In this document: positions 28,697 through 42,679 of the stretch, in pieces
Position numbering within the stretch: position 1 is the first letter of the stretch
How the letters are laid out: each line of letters opens with the position of its first letter
Assembly (NCBI GenBank): GCA_025603075.1
Contig: MU626356.1
Span: 1-64,000, forward strand
Source: Neoconidiobolus thromboides FSU 785
Lineage: Eukaryota > Fungi > Entomophthoromycota
Length of the DNA stretch: 64,000 bases
Direction: 5' to 3'
Program-made: the position numbers and the translations under genes
The notes under the pieces: model-generated
What the model saw: only the letters and a program-made list of their open reading frames with translations
Database searches by the model: none
Told to the model about the DNA's origin: nothing

Positions 28697-29763
28697 ATGT
28701 CTTTTAACGATCTTGAAGCGGGGTTTGGTGGTGGTTTAAAGAGCAATCAAAACTCAGGTAATATATAGTTGATAGATCTATTCAAAATACTAATCATTAT
28801 ATTCAGATGCTTTGACTAAATCCATTTCTCAAAAAATATTCAAGATAACTTCAAACGTATCCAATCTTCAAAGGATTGTTAATTTACTTGGAACTCAAAG
28901 AGATACTCAGGCGTTAAGGAGTCAAATGTAATATCAATAATATACTGAATTTAAAGTTATTAAACAAAAATAGGCATGATGTTACTGAGTCAACGAGAGA
29001 GATGATAAAAGTTACCACAAAAGATATAAAGTCACTTACAACCAATACTAGTAGTTTATCTTCTGAAGAATTGGTAATACTTACTAAGTTTTTAATTTAA
29101 ACGAATAACCGCTTTATAGAAACAACGTAAACTTGGGCAGCACAAATTAACGAAAGACTTTCAAAAAGTTTTGGCTCAGTTTCATTCGATTCAAAAAATT
29201 TCTGCTGAAAAATCAAGGGAAGTTGTTGACTATATACACAATGTGCAAGAGTAAAACTTTATTAAATTGATGAAATTTAAATTAATTGGCTTTTTTTAGG
29301 GATGAAGAAAAAGAAGAGCAACCATTGCTTTTGCAATCTAACCAGAGGTATTACTGGCAATTTCTTTAAGAAAATAAAATTAATTTTTTTTAGGGTCCAA
29401 GTTCAATCATTAGATAACGAGATTGAATTTAACCAAGGCCTTATCGAAGAAAGAGAAAGAGAGATCCAAGAGATAGAACAAGGAATAACAGAATTAAACG
29501 AAGTCTTTAGAGATTTAGGGACATTTGTCAATGAACAACAAGGGCTTTTAGGTAAATGCTTATTAATAAATAGATATTTATTAATTTAAAATACAGATAA
29601 TATCGAATCCAATGTTTCCAATGTTGCAGTTAATATTTACCAAGCTAATACCGAATTGAACACTGCTAACGAATACCAGAAGAAGTCTAGAAAAACAATG
29701 TGTTATATCTTTTTAATTTTGTTTGTTGTGTTGTCCATCTTTATTTTGGTTATATTCTCTTAA
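28697..29763 (+). CDS. PEP12: Endosomal/vacuolar Qa-SNARE syntaxin (Pep12/STX7 family)
   Basis: MSFNDLEAG, LGTQRDT, SNARE motif IEEREREIQEIEQGITELNEVFRDLGTFVNEQQ..DNIESNV, C-terminal TM helix. Confidence 0.85.
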
Positions 29764-30683
29764 TATCATGTTTATTTAAATCTAATTTTACTTTAATGTT
29801 AATTTTGGTTTTCTTTTTAATATAGTATAAGTCATACTTTAGTTTACACTAGTTATACTCTTATTTCAAAGTCGTATGCTCTTTACCCACTAACAAAATA
29901 CATTTCAATATCTCACTTATAGCAGTTTTGTAAAAAAAACAAATTAATTGTATTGTTGTTTAATCTTGATAAGGGAAGTTTCTACATTATTACTGACAAA
30001 TGCAAATCCTCCTTATTAGAATGATTCTAAAAAGAGTAAATTGTGCTTTTAGAAAACTCATACTCATAAAAAGAATTATTAAGTTTATAATTAGCACACT
30101 AACTCTAGCTTTACAATTGAATATTCCTATATTGATTATATTAGATTCATTAAAAACATAAGGTTAGGATTTGCTCAATCCTTCTTTTTGAGCTTGAATA
30201 TTGAGCAAATCATAAATCAAAATGAAAAAAAATGTATCATTCAATCAGTCAAATAAAAATCCCAACTAAAAACATTGCATTTAATGAAAATTAAAATTTA
30301 AAATAAGTTGAAAAATCCAGCCAAAGATTAAGAACCTAAATTCATAAAAATCAGAAAGCTATTTATTATCATATCGAGTAAGGAATAAGTATAATTTATC
30401 ATCTTCACGACTATAATTGTTTTATACTTTAACTCTACAGCTAAAATATTCTGATATTATTCTCAAAGTTATATTATTAAAATAGTCACGGAAACAGTTA
30501 TTTAAATCATTAACTATAGTTTTATAAATTAAGCATTAATTAGTTAATTAAAATAGTATACTTTAACGCCATTCTGTTAGTTTGAAGTACTTTCTGTATC
30601 AATAATTTTTTCACACTATCGATAACTGCTAAATGTTGTATAAGATCAACTAATAAATTATTTTGAACTTTATCATGGTTTAT

Positions 30684-30787
30684 TTAAAAAATGGAAAGTG
30701 ATGAAGCTAAAAACACCCCCGTATACTTAAGTGCTATTTAAGCAGAAAAATTGTTAGTAAAATTCTTAAACACAAAAATACATCCCC
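30684..30787 (-). mobile_element. MITE copy 5 with a 47-bp micro-inversion
   Basis: Flipping 30684-30730 (TTAA...TTAA) restores a normal minus-strand copy. Confidence 0.85.
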
Positions 30788-31393
30788 ATATAAATACAGA
30801 TTCAATTCTAAATACTATTTGTAAAATATACATATAATATTAGAATAAATTAAAATATAGCTGAAGTTTTTTAAGCTAAATAAATTAAATGGATTAAACA
30901 AACTAAACGTTAAGTTCACAATGTTCGTAAAATATAAACAAATGTAATAATAATTAATATGGATGTCTAAAGGCTATTCTATAAAGTCTTTTAAAAGTAT
31001 CTATCACCTCAATGTTAATTTTTAAGTAAACATTCGATTTAATAATTCAAACAACTAGTTGAATTTTATGATAAAGCTTTATATAATGTTCTTTAAACAA
31101 TGATACTTTACTATATTTGAAACCTTAGTAAAAAGCAGTGTTTATATGACAATAGTAGCATTATATAATAAGAATAAATAAATAATATAAATTTTTAAAA
31201 TTGCTATAGCCATAAATGTTAAAAATTAAAATTGATTTGTTATGCTTCCAAATTTAATCTAGGATTATTATAAAAAGGGGTCACAATAAAAATGATCGTA
31301 CCATTTGTTGTCCACAAGTATCCAATCATTTAAATCAAGCTTTTTACTTTAAAGAATCAAAATGCTTTTTTATAAATAGCGATAACAATAATA

Positions 31394-32656
31394 ATGAAAA
31401 CAGTTGTCATTACAGGGATTACAGGGTATAATTTGTATTATCCTTTACGTCAATTTATATCTGATGTTTAATTTTAGAGCAGTTGGTAAAGGTATTTTGA
31501 TTTCCTTACTTACCCGTTTCACAGACATCAAGATCTATGGAACAGCAAGAAATGCTGACAGAGTCTTAGCTTTATTTGAAGAAGTAATACTCAATTTGCC
31601 ACCAATCGTAAAGAAAGCAATTGAAGAGGGGAAGGTTGTTTTAATTCCTTTGGAATTGGATACTTCGGACGTGGATAGTATTTCAAGTGCTTGTAAAAAG
31701 TTGAGTTCAAGGTAATTTAATACCTGCTTAATTAAGTTCCTTGAATTAATTTGGTCTAGTGAAGATAAAATAGACACTTTGTTTTTAAACGCTGGTGCAT
31801 TGATAGCAAATGGAATTTCTTATTGGGGTATAGTTCATCAGCTATTGTTTGATATTCGAACTTTTCCAGTTAAACCAAAGTATATTAACCATGATGGAAT
31901 AAGTATGATCAATAAAGAGATTTCAAAATCTTTTTATACCAATGTATATGGGCACTATATTATGGTAAAACAGAATACAATAAGTGAAGTCTATAATAAT
32001 AATTTATAGATCAGAAAATTAACTGAAGTTTTAAAAAAATCCCAAGATGCTAGAATTATATGGACTGGATCTTCAGAAGGAGAAAAAGAATTTTTCGATA
32101 TTGAAGACATACAAGGGATGAAAAGGTATGTTACTAACAATAATAATATATAATAACAATATTGAACTTTGTATCAAGTATAAACCCCTATGGCTCCAAC
32201 AAATACTGCCTACAACTCTTATCGGAACTTTTCAACCAAGAATTTAAAGCTAAAAACTATCCAATTACATCTATTGTTACTTCACCTGGTGTCATAGCAA
32301 GTAATATAGCAAACACTTTGCTTCCTCCATTATTTGTGATGATCTTTATGACCCCAGCTTTGATTATCGTAACTAATACTACTTCATCCTCTTTTAGACT
32401 AATACTAATTTTCAACTAGATGAGATTATTATTTGGCATACCTGAACTTACCATCAGCCTTAAGAATGCATCTGCTTCCATTTTGTATTCTTTTGAAATT
32501 CCACTGGGTGAGATTGACTCTAAATGTAGATATGACGCTACTTCAGATCGTTTTGGAAAATCGAAGGTGGTTAAAACTAAGTTTACTGATTTTACACAGG
32601 AGGATCTGAAATCTTTGGATTTATATTTGAAAGATTTGGATAAGAATACCTTATAA
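31394..32656 (+). CDS. ERG27: 3-keto-steroid reductase-like short-chain dehydrogenase
   Basis: VVITGITGAVG, LDTSDVDSI, LFLNAG, FYTNVYGHY, ARIIWTGSS, PYGSNKY (YxxxK), SPGVIASNI; multi-exon. Confidence 0.7.
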
Positions 32657-33057
32657 TGACAAAAAAGAAGTACAGAGTAAATTTTAAATCATTAGTAATT
32701 GAATAATTATATCTTGGAGTGATGATGTTTTTGAATAAGTATTAATAATATACTTTCTTTATCATTAAATATTCTAAGTTGAACTATTAGTTTATAATAT
32801 TTCAATTTCAAGTCTAAAATAAACAATAAAATTAATAATAGATAACAATTACCTGATATTCAATTTATTATAAAGCTTTAAGAAATAATGTTATTAAATA
32901 AAATATGAAATATATGCGCTAAATAATTTTTAATACATTCTTTAAACATAAAAATATCTTAATCTATTTTAAGAGCCAACTTTTTCCCATTTATTCTAAG
33001 GTTAAAATTAACTTTTACTAAACATATTAAAGCTTAAACTAAACATTGATCCTTTCT

Positions 33058-34704
33058 TTAAGCTTTGGTTTGTCCTTGACGATGAGCACCAGCAGCTTCT
33101 TTATTATTATGACGACGATTTGAGTTGTTCTTAGCTTTTGATTGATCCTTATTAACATCAGCAATAGCATTGTCTCTCTTCTCGATGCCATTCGCTATAA
33201 TTTGAGTTTGGAAAACAGCGTCCCTAGTCTTTTCAATCATTTGACGATAGATTGATGTATTGATAGGGTTCATCACTACTGAATTATCATTAAAATCAAT
33301 CTTAGCGTCAACTCTAGCATCGCGGATAAGGTTGACAATCCATTTTTCGCCTTCTTCAGGTGATAAATTGAGTAATTTAGCAAGCTGTGTAATGTTGATA
33401 CGTTGATTAATACGACAATAAGCTTCTAAGATTAAGGTACGAGCGTTTTCAAGGAACTCATCAAGTGAAGAAACTAAAAAGAAATCATTGGCAAAAAGAT
33501 TTTCGCATTCTTTAAGTTTAGATTGAGCTTCATCAAAGTCAAATCTTACATAAAGTGCTTCTGTAAACTGAGTGATAGGGTCATTGTAAGCATGTGCTTC
33601 TTGTTGTACTATTTTAATCAAATCTTTGATAACATTCTTACGACGACGGTTGATAATAGCAGCTGCAGATATATAACGTAAAATCCATGGACATGAAGTT
33701 TGTATAGTGTTGATATATTGAGGTTGGAAAAATAAATCTAACAAATATTCTTTACCCTTTTGATGATTAAAGAATACAAATAAGGACCAATGGATGAGGA
33801 AAGTTCTTTGATGAAGTTGATGAATGGAAGAAGTATCTCTCTATATAAATATAAGTACCCTGTTTTTCATATTAAATTATAATATTACGTTTGTTTCAAT
33901 AGAATCTTTCACTTTTTGTAACTCTGTAAAAGCATTATCCCAGTTTCCAGTAAGAATCTCAGAAGCTAATCTACCCCAAAGAGAAGATAATAATAAGTTA
34001 TCATCTACGGACTATAAAAATTAAGTAAAGCTTATCAAAACGATTCATTTATAAAATTACCAAAACTTGAAAGTGATAAAGCATTTCAGAACAACCACCA
34101 TAGTTACCACAGCTAAACTGAAACTGTCCAAACTTATATAAAGTTTCAATTGATTTTGCATCAAACTTAAATAAAAAATGAGTATTTTAATTCATCGTAA
34201 AACTACCTTCTATTGTCTATTATATTTTATAATCAACTTACATCATGATTCTCATTTAAAAACTTCAAGTTAAACTCTTTGTCCTGACGTAAGGCCGAAA
34301 TAACTTCTGGGTTTTCAATAACATCCATAACTTTTTGAGCTTGCTTATTTAATTCCTCTAAGTTACTTAACACTTTCTCACGTTTGACAATAAACTCTAA
34401 ATTCTTGTTAATACCATGTTGATAATACTCTTGCTTTTTAAACTACCTTCTGGAACCTCTTCAGTACTGTTCAATTCCTTATAAAGTTTGGCAGTAAAAT
34501 CCACCATATTTGTTTTGGAAAGTAAATCGTACTTGGCTTTTGTGACATCAGTAGAGTTATAGATCTAAGTTTATATGTTAAATTTATTGTATATCTTCAA
34601 ATAACCAAAGCTACCTCATTGATCGATAAAAATTCTAATAATGGAAAGGTAAGATGACGGTCCAAATAAGGTACCATCTTCGCGGTTAAATCATATTCGG
34701 CCAT
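33058..34704 (-). CDS. INT6: Translation initiation factor 3 subunit E (Int6)
   Basis: [62 protein letters not shown] (PCI domain); multi-exon. Confidence 0.95.
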
Positions 34705-35442
34705 TATTGGGACTCGTTGAGTTTTATTAAAACAAGGGATTTAATGGCTTGAGGTTTATTTTTTTAGACATTTTTTGTAAATTTGAATTTTGGATTAATA
34801 TTGGATTTATTGTGGGTTGTTTATTAGTTCTTTTAATCTAGTGATTAAATAAAAAATAAATGGTTTAAAAAATAAATAAAAAATAAAAACTACGAGTACT
34901 AGCTAATTTGAAGAAGTATATTAAGCGAATCAGATATACAATAATGGTATGATTTACTTTATTATATAAACACTGAATCAAGAAGCATGCTTTTGATCAT
35001 AATTTGCTATAATAGTAAAAGTTCATATCACTTTGAATCTAATAGGATAATTTTTTAATTATTTTAATTTTTAAACTCAAAATTGATCAAATGCTTAAAC
35101 TGAAATAGAAAAAACACTCTTTTAATTAACTAATAGAGATCATCATTATAAACTTATTGCTTTGAAAAGTAAATTGTATTTTTTAAATGTAATATCGAAA
35201 TAATCGAATTTAATAAGATAAATTCAAAATTACTGGAAAAGATCGTTATTAGAGTATCAGATAAGAGATGAGCTATAATTCTAAAATCTATATATATCCT
35301 TTGGTAATTCTATTTGATTAAATCAACACTCCAATTAATTATTCCGTTCAAGTACCAAAATTAGTACAATTAAAATTTTATCTAAAACTGTCTTACTTTT
35401 TTAACATTCAAATTTTTAGCTTTAGTATAGATAGAGAGTAGA

Positions 35443-36740
35443 ATGATCAAGGGAACGAGTAACTACGACATAATATTGACCAAATTTTTAATAAAATAAA
35501 CAATGAGGCTGTAAGCAACGAGATCAAAGCGATATTATGAGAGTCAGTAATTAATCAGGGAAAGATTATAAAAAAGGTAACAGAAGAATTGTGTATAAAC
35601 TATAATGCTATGTCATCAATTGTTTTTCGAGAAAAAAGGAGATTATATGAGTAAGCATTTACAGAAGGAAGAATGGAAGATGACAAATCGAAAGATGTCG
35701 TTACTAAAATATAAAGCAAGTGATGGAAATGAGAAAGATATGTGGGAGTTAATAGCCAAGCAAGAGGCATCTTCAAAAGAATCGATCCATCAGTTAGGGA
35801 TTAGCTCTAGTAGTGCGAGCATAATTTCGTATGAAAGGGAAAAACGATCAGAAGACAACTTAAATTACCGAGAAGCGAATGTGAAGGGTAATGGTAAACT
35901 AAAAGTATTCCTGCACAGTTTTTGTGGCAAAAAGTCTTCAGAGTATAAAGAAGATTCGTTAAACATAATTACTAAGCATAAGAAATCCCCAAAGAAAGCA
36001 GTAGAATTATTGTCTCTTAACTTTCATTCTCCAAAAGCAATCGCTTGTAGGGAAACGAAAATAATAAGAGAGACTGTAGCCAATAAAGGAATAAGTAGCA
36101 ACAACAATGATGACTTAGCTAATTTTATCAAATTACCATATAGTGTAATAGGCGAAGATACCAAAATGGATTTATGGGATATAGTTATGAATCAAGGAAT
36201 GTCGATCAAAAAAGCTAGCGAACAGTTTTCTATTGGTTATCGAGCTGCAAAGGAAGCTATTGCTAAAGAAAGAAAGAAAGAAAAGAGATGGAGCTACAAA
36301 TAGGATAGTGGAAAATAGTGGAGAAAATAGGAAATGCAACAATACTGTTACTAAATCATCAGGTATAAGTAGCGATACCAAGAAACAACTATGGGAGTTA
36401 TTGGTTAATTGAGGAAAACCAATGAAAGAAGTAGCTAAGCAATTATTTGTTGAATACAACCCAGTGACAGAAATTATTCATAGAGAAAAAGAAAGATTAA
36501 AATTTATGAATGAACGAAAAAAAACAAAGGAAAGAAGATAGCTTAAATAGCTTTATCAGTGAAACCTATAATAAAACAACCGATGAAATTAAAAGAGAAT
36601 TGCATGAGTTTTTAGAAAAATATTTTTATTTTTTTGAACAAACATCGGATTTATTAAGGATTACATATCATAAAGCAAAAGTGGGTGTAATAAATGCAAG
36701 AAAGAAAATAAGTGAAAATGAAAATAAGTGAAAATGAAAA
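35443..36740 (+). pseudogene. Decayed paralogue 1 of the tandem-HTH protein
   Basis: SVINQGKIIKKVTEELCINY, LWDIVMNQGMSIKKASEQFSIGYRAAKEAIAKERK; internal stops and frameshifts. Confidence 0.8.
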
Positions 36741-37534
36741 TAAGTGAAATTAATTGCTCAGAGATCGATAAAATAAAGGACGCCAAAGGCTGTTGGAAGT
36801 TTAAAAAAATAATGAAACTTGAAAGATACTATCATTAATGGCAGATAATTATTATATCTTCATTAGAAATATTATTTATTACTTATTGCTGTATAAATTA
36901 TTTACTTTTAAAGCAGCAGGGGATTACATATGGTTGTGAAAATAAAGTGCAAAAATCAAATTTGTGAAATTTTATCACAAACAGTTTTACTTAACTTCCA
37001 ATAAAAATAAATTTTAAATATTGTATTATATAAAAAGTGAATGAAGTACTAAAACATAAAACGCTTTCGTAAAATCTTTAACACCCCCTGCTTTAAATTT
37101 TAAGTAAATTATATTATTAATAAATATTTTACATAATTAAAATGTTAAATATTATTTTAAGCTTAAATATTGAGCAAACTGTTGACTGAATTGGCAGAAA
37201 AAACATAACCTTTTGATTAGTTGATTGAAAATTTTGTTATTATAAATGTGCCTTAAAATGGGGATTTCTATTTTTAAAGTATAGTAAAATTGAAGTATTT
37301 GACCATCATTTAATAAGATAAAATTTACCCAACTTGGACAGGTTCCATATCAAAATATAAAAAAAATAAGGTAATATTAAGATGATCGATTACATTTTCT
37401 AGATTCATAACAAGTTACATTAAACTTCAACGCTTCAGTTAATGAATTGTTTTAGGCGATACAATTGATACATTAATGCCTAATTTAAAAACGATCCTCT
37501 TTATTTAGTTTTAATTACCATTTTTTAGATTCCA

Positions 37535-38851
37535 ATGGATAAAGAAACAGGTGAACAAAGTAAAAAGAAGTCAAAATACAGTAGTAAGCAATTGAGTCAA
37601 ACTCGTAAAACAATTACTAAAGAAGAGAAAAAGAATTTGTGGAATTTAATAGTCAATGAAGGAAAGCCAATAAAAGAAGCATCTGAAGAGTTATCTATTA
37701 ACTATGGTAGTGCTTTAAAGATTATTGCTAAAGAAAGAAAACGAATCAAAGATGCTGCCAATGCTGGAGAAATCAATGTAGAAAAAGACGATAAACTAAA
37801 AAATTATATTAATAGAAAACGTAATAATATAAGTGATGATATCAAAAAAAAATTATGGGAGTTAACAATTAATCAGGGAAAACCTATGAAAGAAGCAGCA
37901 GAAAACTTGGCAATTAATAAGGAAAGTGTCAAACGGATTATCTATAATGAAAGAAAAAAAATAAAGGAAAGTTTAAATATTGGAGAAATCAATGGAAAAA
38001 CTAATGGTAATTCAAATGAAAATGGCATCCAACTTTATGTTAAAAAACCCAAAGAATATAAAATTAAATTATTGGAGTTGGTTATTGATCAGGGAAAATC
38101 TATAAAAGAAGCAGTAGAACAACTGTCAGTTAATTTTCGTACTGCAGAAACCATTGTTTATAGAGAAAGAAAAAGGCTAAGACAAGCTGTAGCTGCTGGT
38201 GAAGTAAATACTGAAGGAAATGATCATTTAGTTAATTTTATCAATAAATCAGTTGATACAATAGGTGAAGATGCCAAAAAGGATTTATATGAGTTAGTTA
38301 TTAATCAAGGAAAAACTATTAAAGAAGCCAGCGAACAGTTGTGTATTGGCTATGGAAGTGCAAAAAAAATCATTGCTAAAGAAAGAAAGAAAATTGAAGA
38401 AGCTACAGTTGGAGTGGAGGGAAACAATGTGGGGGATGGTAAACGTAATAATGTTGCTACCAAACCAGCAGATAAAATTAGTAATGATACCAAAAAACAG
38501 TTATGGGAGTTGGTGGTTAATCAAGGAAAGCCAATGAAAGAAGCGGCATCAATGATGTCACTTAAGTATAATACAGCAATGAAAATTATTTATCGAGAGA
38601 AAAAGAAATTAAATATTGATGCAAGTGCAGGAAATATAAGTGTAGAAGAAAATGAATTGAATAATTTTATCGACGAAGCTTGTAATAGAATGAATAATGA
38701 AATTAAAAATGGATTACAAGAATTAGTTGAAAAATACTCTTATTCTCAAAAACAAGCATCTAAGTTATTAGGTATTATAGCTCGTAAAGCAACCACTATT
38801 TTATCAAATGAAAAAAAGAAATTAAAAGGGGCAAATAATGAGGAAAGTTAA
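37535..38851 (+). CDS. Protein of six tandem ~70-75 aa helix-turn-helix-like repeats (open paralogue)
   Basis: Unit consensus I..D.KK.LWELVINQGK.IKEA.E.L.I.Y.TA..II..ERKK; 438 codons open. An acceptor-like TTTTTTAG just upstream may indicate a further 5' exon. Confidence 0.75.
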   Translation: MDKETGEQSKKKSKYSSKQLSQTRKTITKEEKKNLWNLIVNEGKPIKEASEELSINYGSALKIIAKERKRIKDAANAGEINVEKDDKLKNYINRKRNNISDDIKKKLWELTINQGKPMKEAAENLAINKESVKRIIYNERKKIKESLNIGEINGKTNGNSNENGIQLYVKKPKEYKIKLLELVIDQGKSIKEAVEQLSVNFRTAETIVYRERKRLRQAVAAGEVNTEGNDHLVNFINKSVDTIGEDAKKDLYELVINQGKTIKEASEQLCIGYGSAKKIIAKERKKIEEATVGVEGNNVGDGKRNNVATKPADKISNDTKKQLWELVVNQGKPMKEAASMMSLKYNTAMKIIYREKKKLNIDASAGNISVEENELNNFIDEACNRMNNEIKNGLQELVEKYSYSQKQASKLLGIIARKATTILSNEKKKLKGANNEES

Positions 38852-39316
38852 GTAATTATAAGCTAGAAAATACAAAGAATATCAAACATTGCTTTAAATT
38901 TAAAAATACAATGAAATCTAATGAGTTTTACTTTTATTGTTTGATATTTACCATATTTTGATATGAGCTACATGAAATAATTATTCATTATTTACTATCT
39001 TATAGGTGATAATACTCAAAGCAGGAGATAATTAGTTATAGTTGAAAATAAAATCAAAGTGACAATTTTAATTTTGTAATAACTTTTAACTTTAAGTTTT
39101 ATAATTAAAATGAATTGCTTAGTTTAAAGTAATTGCAAAAAAAATTTTAATAGTTTTTTAATCTTTCCTTTACTTTTTATAAAACACAAAGTTTAAATAA
39201 ATTTAAAATAAACAATATATAAAATATTTATTTTTAACATAATAATATGAGGAAATTACCTTATTATAGGATGTTAATATTAAAACTATGAATAAAATAG
39301 TCAAATGTATTTTACT

Positions 39317-42147
39317 TTATTTTCCAATTTTATTCAATTTATTTAAAGTCATCATACTGTTTTTACTTTTGATATTTAAAAAAACTTACGTTATATTTGA
39401 ATTCTCAGTAACGCCTATTTATTACTTTGTTTTATCCTTTTGCATTAATTAATTCCAATCAAATGAAAAATACTTGCACAAAGTAATGGAATATTCAATG
39501 AATTTTCTAAAATAAGATTATTTTGTATTAAATTAGGGTAATTAAAATTAGTATCTTCAATCCATTTTAAATTTATAAATGGATAAGATTCATTATTAAA
39601 GATATTAAATTTCAATGTTATTAATGAATCAGGTAACTGAAATACAACAGTTATCTTATTTGGCACTTCTTCTATTAGTAACCAAATTCTTATTACATAT
39701 TCTAAAATAAAGTAATATTAAATACCAATATTAAATATGTTTGTATATATATCGTTATTATAATAATCAATCTTACTTTTTTCAATTTCATAATCAAACG
39801 AGTCTAGTTCTGGTTGATATGTTTTTTCATTAAAACAAGATTGTATTAATGTGTTAAATCTTAATTGATGTCGAATTACCTAATAATTACAAAATAAGTT
39901 GGTTTATTATTATTGTATTAATAATATCTTACATTGAATACAGGCAATAATTGAGTTGGATGATTAATTGGTACCTTTAATAAATTATAACAAATATTAT
40001 GTTCGCTCATTAACCCATATCTTTGTAATTTAGTATGACTATTTAATTTCTATTCAAAATAATATTTATATAAATATAATATATAATATATAATATATAA
40101 TATATAATATATAATGTAATATAATTCAATACTTACTGCTATCCATGGACTATTATTAATATCGATATTATTATTAACATTGAATGGTTCAATAAATTCT
40201 TGTTTTTGAATTGACTCATTTATCTAAATATTGTTTTAAGTATTATTTAAATTGATTCAGTAGACTCGCTTACTAATACTTCACAAAGATCGGGGATAGG
40301 TTGAGGATCAAATAAGAATAGAAATTCATTTGCTAAAAGAATATAAATCAACATAATAATAATAGTAATAAACTTACTCAATAATTGTCCAACAATAATT
40401 GAAATCTTAATGATTAATTGTTGACAAATAAGAATTGGTTGTTTTAAATTAAAATACCATTTTAATGGTATTGATAGTTGATGAGCTAACTCAGTATTAT
40501 TTGGATCAAAATATAGCATTTTAATTGGTTGGTTTATTAATGGATAAGTATGTGGCATTATATTAAAGATATTTTGATTGCCTTCATTTAATTGAATGTT
40601 TTCTTCTTCTAAGTAAATATATTTTAATATTGTATTTGGTAATACTAAACTATGCATTCCTGATTCTTCTATATTTAAATCTCCCATAATAAATTGTTTA
40701 TTAATATCTTTGTCTCCTAAAAACAAAACAAAACAAAACATTTTAATGTTATCTTGTGTTTATTTTATTACAATATATTTACCTTTTTTAAATAGTTCAA
40801 TTACATCTTCTGTTTTGTTGATATTAATTGAGTTAGTCCAAAATATTATAGTTGGACCAATAACATTATGAAATTTTAATGGAATTCCATGGCCAAAATC
40901 AAATAATCGATTACAATCACCGTCACTAATAGATAATATATTATTATTGTTACTATTATTACTATTCAAATTACTTCTCATTGTTAAATAAAAAATCAAT
41001 ATCTTTATTCATTACATCAATCAAATGAAATAAATTAATATTTTGATTTTTTAAATATTTTGAATTCAATTTAGTTATAAATTCTAAATTATTTCGAAAT
41101 TGCTCCATATCATTTATTCTATATTGAAAATAGATTAATTAATAAATAGTACAAAATTATTAAATCTATTTTTACTTTATATTTTTAAGTAATACATTTT
41201 CAATCTATAAAAATTAAATTAGTTTAATTACAAATTAAATAGTTTTAAACTTACAACATCCTTTTTTAACTCTTGATTGGGATGATCAATGATATCTACG
41301 CTAACACCTACTTTTGTAAATTTAATCTAATAATAATTAATTATAACAATTAACTAAATAATGATAAATTCTATTTTACATCTAAAACAAATTGATGTTC
41401 ACTAAAAGTATATAAATTGTGATCATCTGTTGTATCATAAAAAAATTCTAATCTATAAAAACAAGATTAATTAAACATATATTTCAATTGAAATATTAAA
41501 TAAATAAATAAATAAATAATAATTTACTTTAATTGTTTAGATATAAATTTAAATATACTTTTGTAATAATCTTGATTAATATCCTTTATACTCATATTAT
41601 ATCCAAGTCGGTTTTTTATAAAATTCAAACTTTCCGATAATTTGTTTTTCCATTTTAAAGGTATTGATTCATTCTATTTATAATAAATATTATAAAATAT
41701 TTATTATTTATTAATACTTACTTCAATACTACCATCTAACTTATTAATATCTACGGTGCTTACTAAGATTTGAAACTCATTAAAACTAGCTGGATTATTT
41801 GATATTGACAATAATAAACTCAAATATTTATTTAAATATTCTTTTAATATAGCCATTTTACTCATTATTGTAATAGCATCATTCTTATTACTATTTGAAC
41901 CAAATGGATGATTATCTATATATGTTTTAAATTTGAAGGTTTGATCATAAGCTATGATACATTAACTAAACAAAATTTATTTACCTAAACCAAATAAGCC
42001 AAGTCCTTCCAATTCACTATTTCTAATCATTTGTTCAGTATTTTTAAATACAAAATCTACTACATCTTCTCGTTTGAATGTTAATAAAAATTCCTTTTTA
42101 ATCTCTTGTAATAATTGTATAATCTGATCCTTATTATCGATACTCAT
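39317..42147 (-). CDS. MED1: Multi-exon protein, probable Mediator subunit Med1
   Basis: Exons splice in frame by eye: MSIDNKDQII..., KLEFFYD...FVLDIKF, FDFGHGIPLKFHNVIGPTIIFW, resembling the fungal Med1 domain; 3' exons less certain. Confidence 0.5.
40074..40115 (+). repeat. (ATATAAT)n intronic minisatellite
   Basis: About 6 tandem 7-bp units. Confidence 0.8.
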
Positions 42148-42150
42148 TAT
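41972..42150 (-). repeat. 179-bp inverted repeat, arm 1 (first exon of the MED1-like gene)
   Basis: Reverse complement reads identical to 48605-48783. Confidence 0.9.
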
Positions 42151-42679
42151 TTAAAACAATTAACTTTAAAAAGTAAACGATTTAAATTAAAATTCAATAG
42201 AAATATCCTTGCACTTAAAAAAGAGATTAGTTGTTTTTTTACTCTGTTTTTAATATTTTGTACTTAAGAAATAGAACAATTTATCAGTAAAATTCATATC
42301 AAAAAATACTTAATGTATTAATTGAAAAAAATCCTTCTTTTTGATTAGCTGAAAAAAAAACACTTTTAATCTTGCTTGGTTTCAAGAAAATTATTTTTCT
42401 AACATAATTAAATTATCAAAGCCCAAAGTATTCAACAAAACCAGATTTATAACTGGAAAGTTATCCATTATTGTGTTAAGTAATGAATGTCTCATAATTC
42501 AATACTTTAAACTTATTTTGTTTCACTACAATAGTTACTTTCAATTTAAATTCTTAATCAAAATATTATTTGACTTAAAAAAGGAAGTTAATAAAAATAA
42601 TACTTAATCTGTAATTGTTTTACTGTTTTGTTTTTGATAGTCGAAGTTATAAGTCTTAATAGAAAAAAGAGCAAGCAAC

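Noticed and set aside
41940-41990. Apparent 19-nt intron followed by in-frame TAG in the MED1-like gene (possible stop recoding)
   Set aside because: The next AG (33-nt intron) appears to give an open frame; the 1611-codon GDB1 ORF has no in-frame TAG, so no evidence for an altered code
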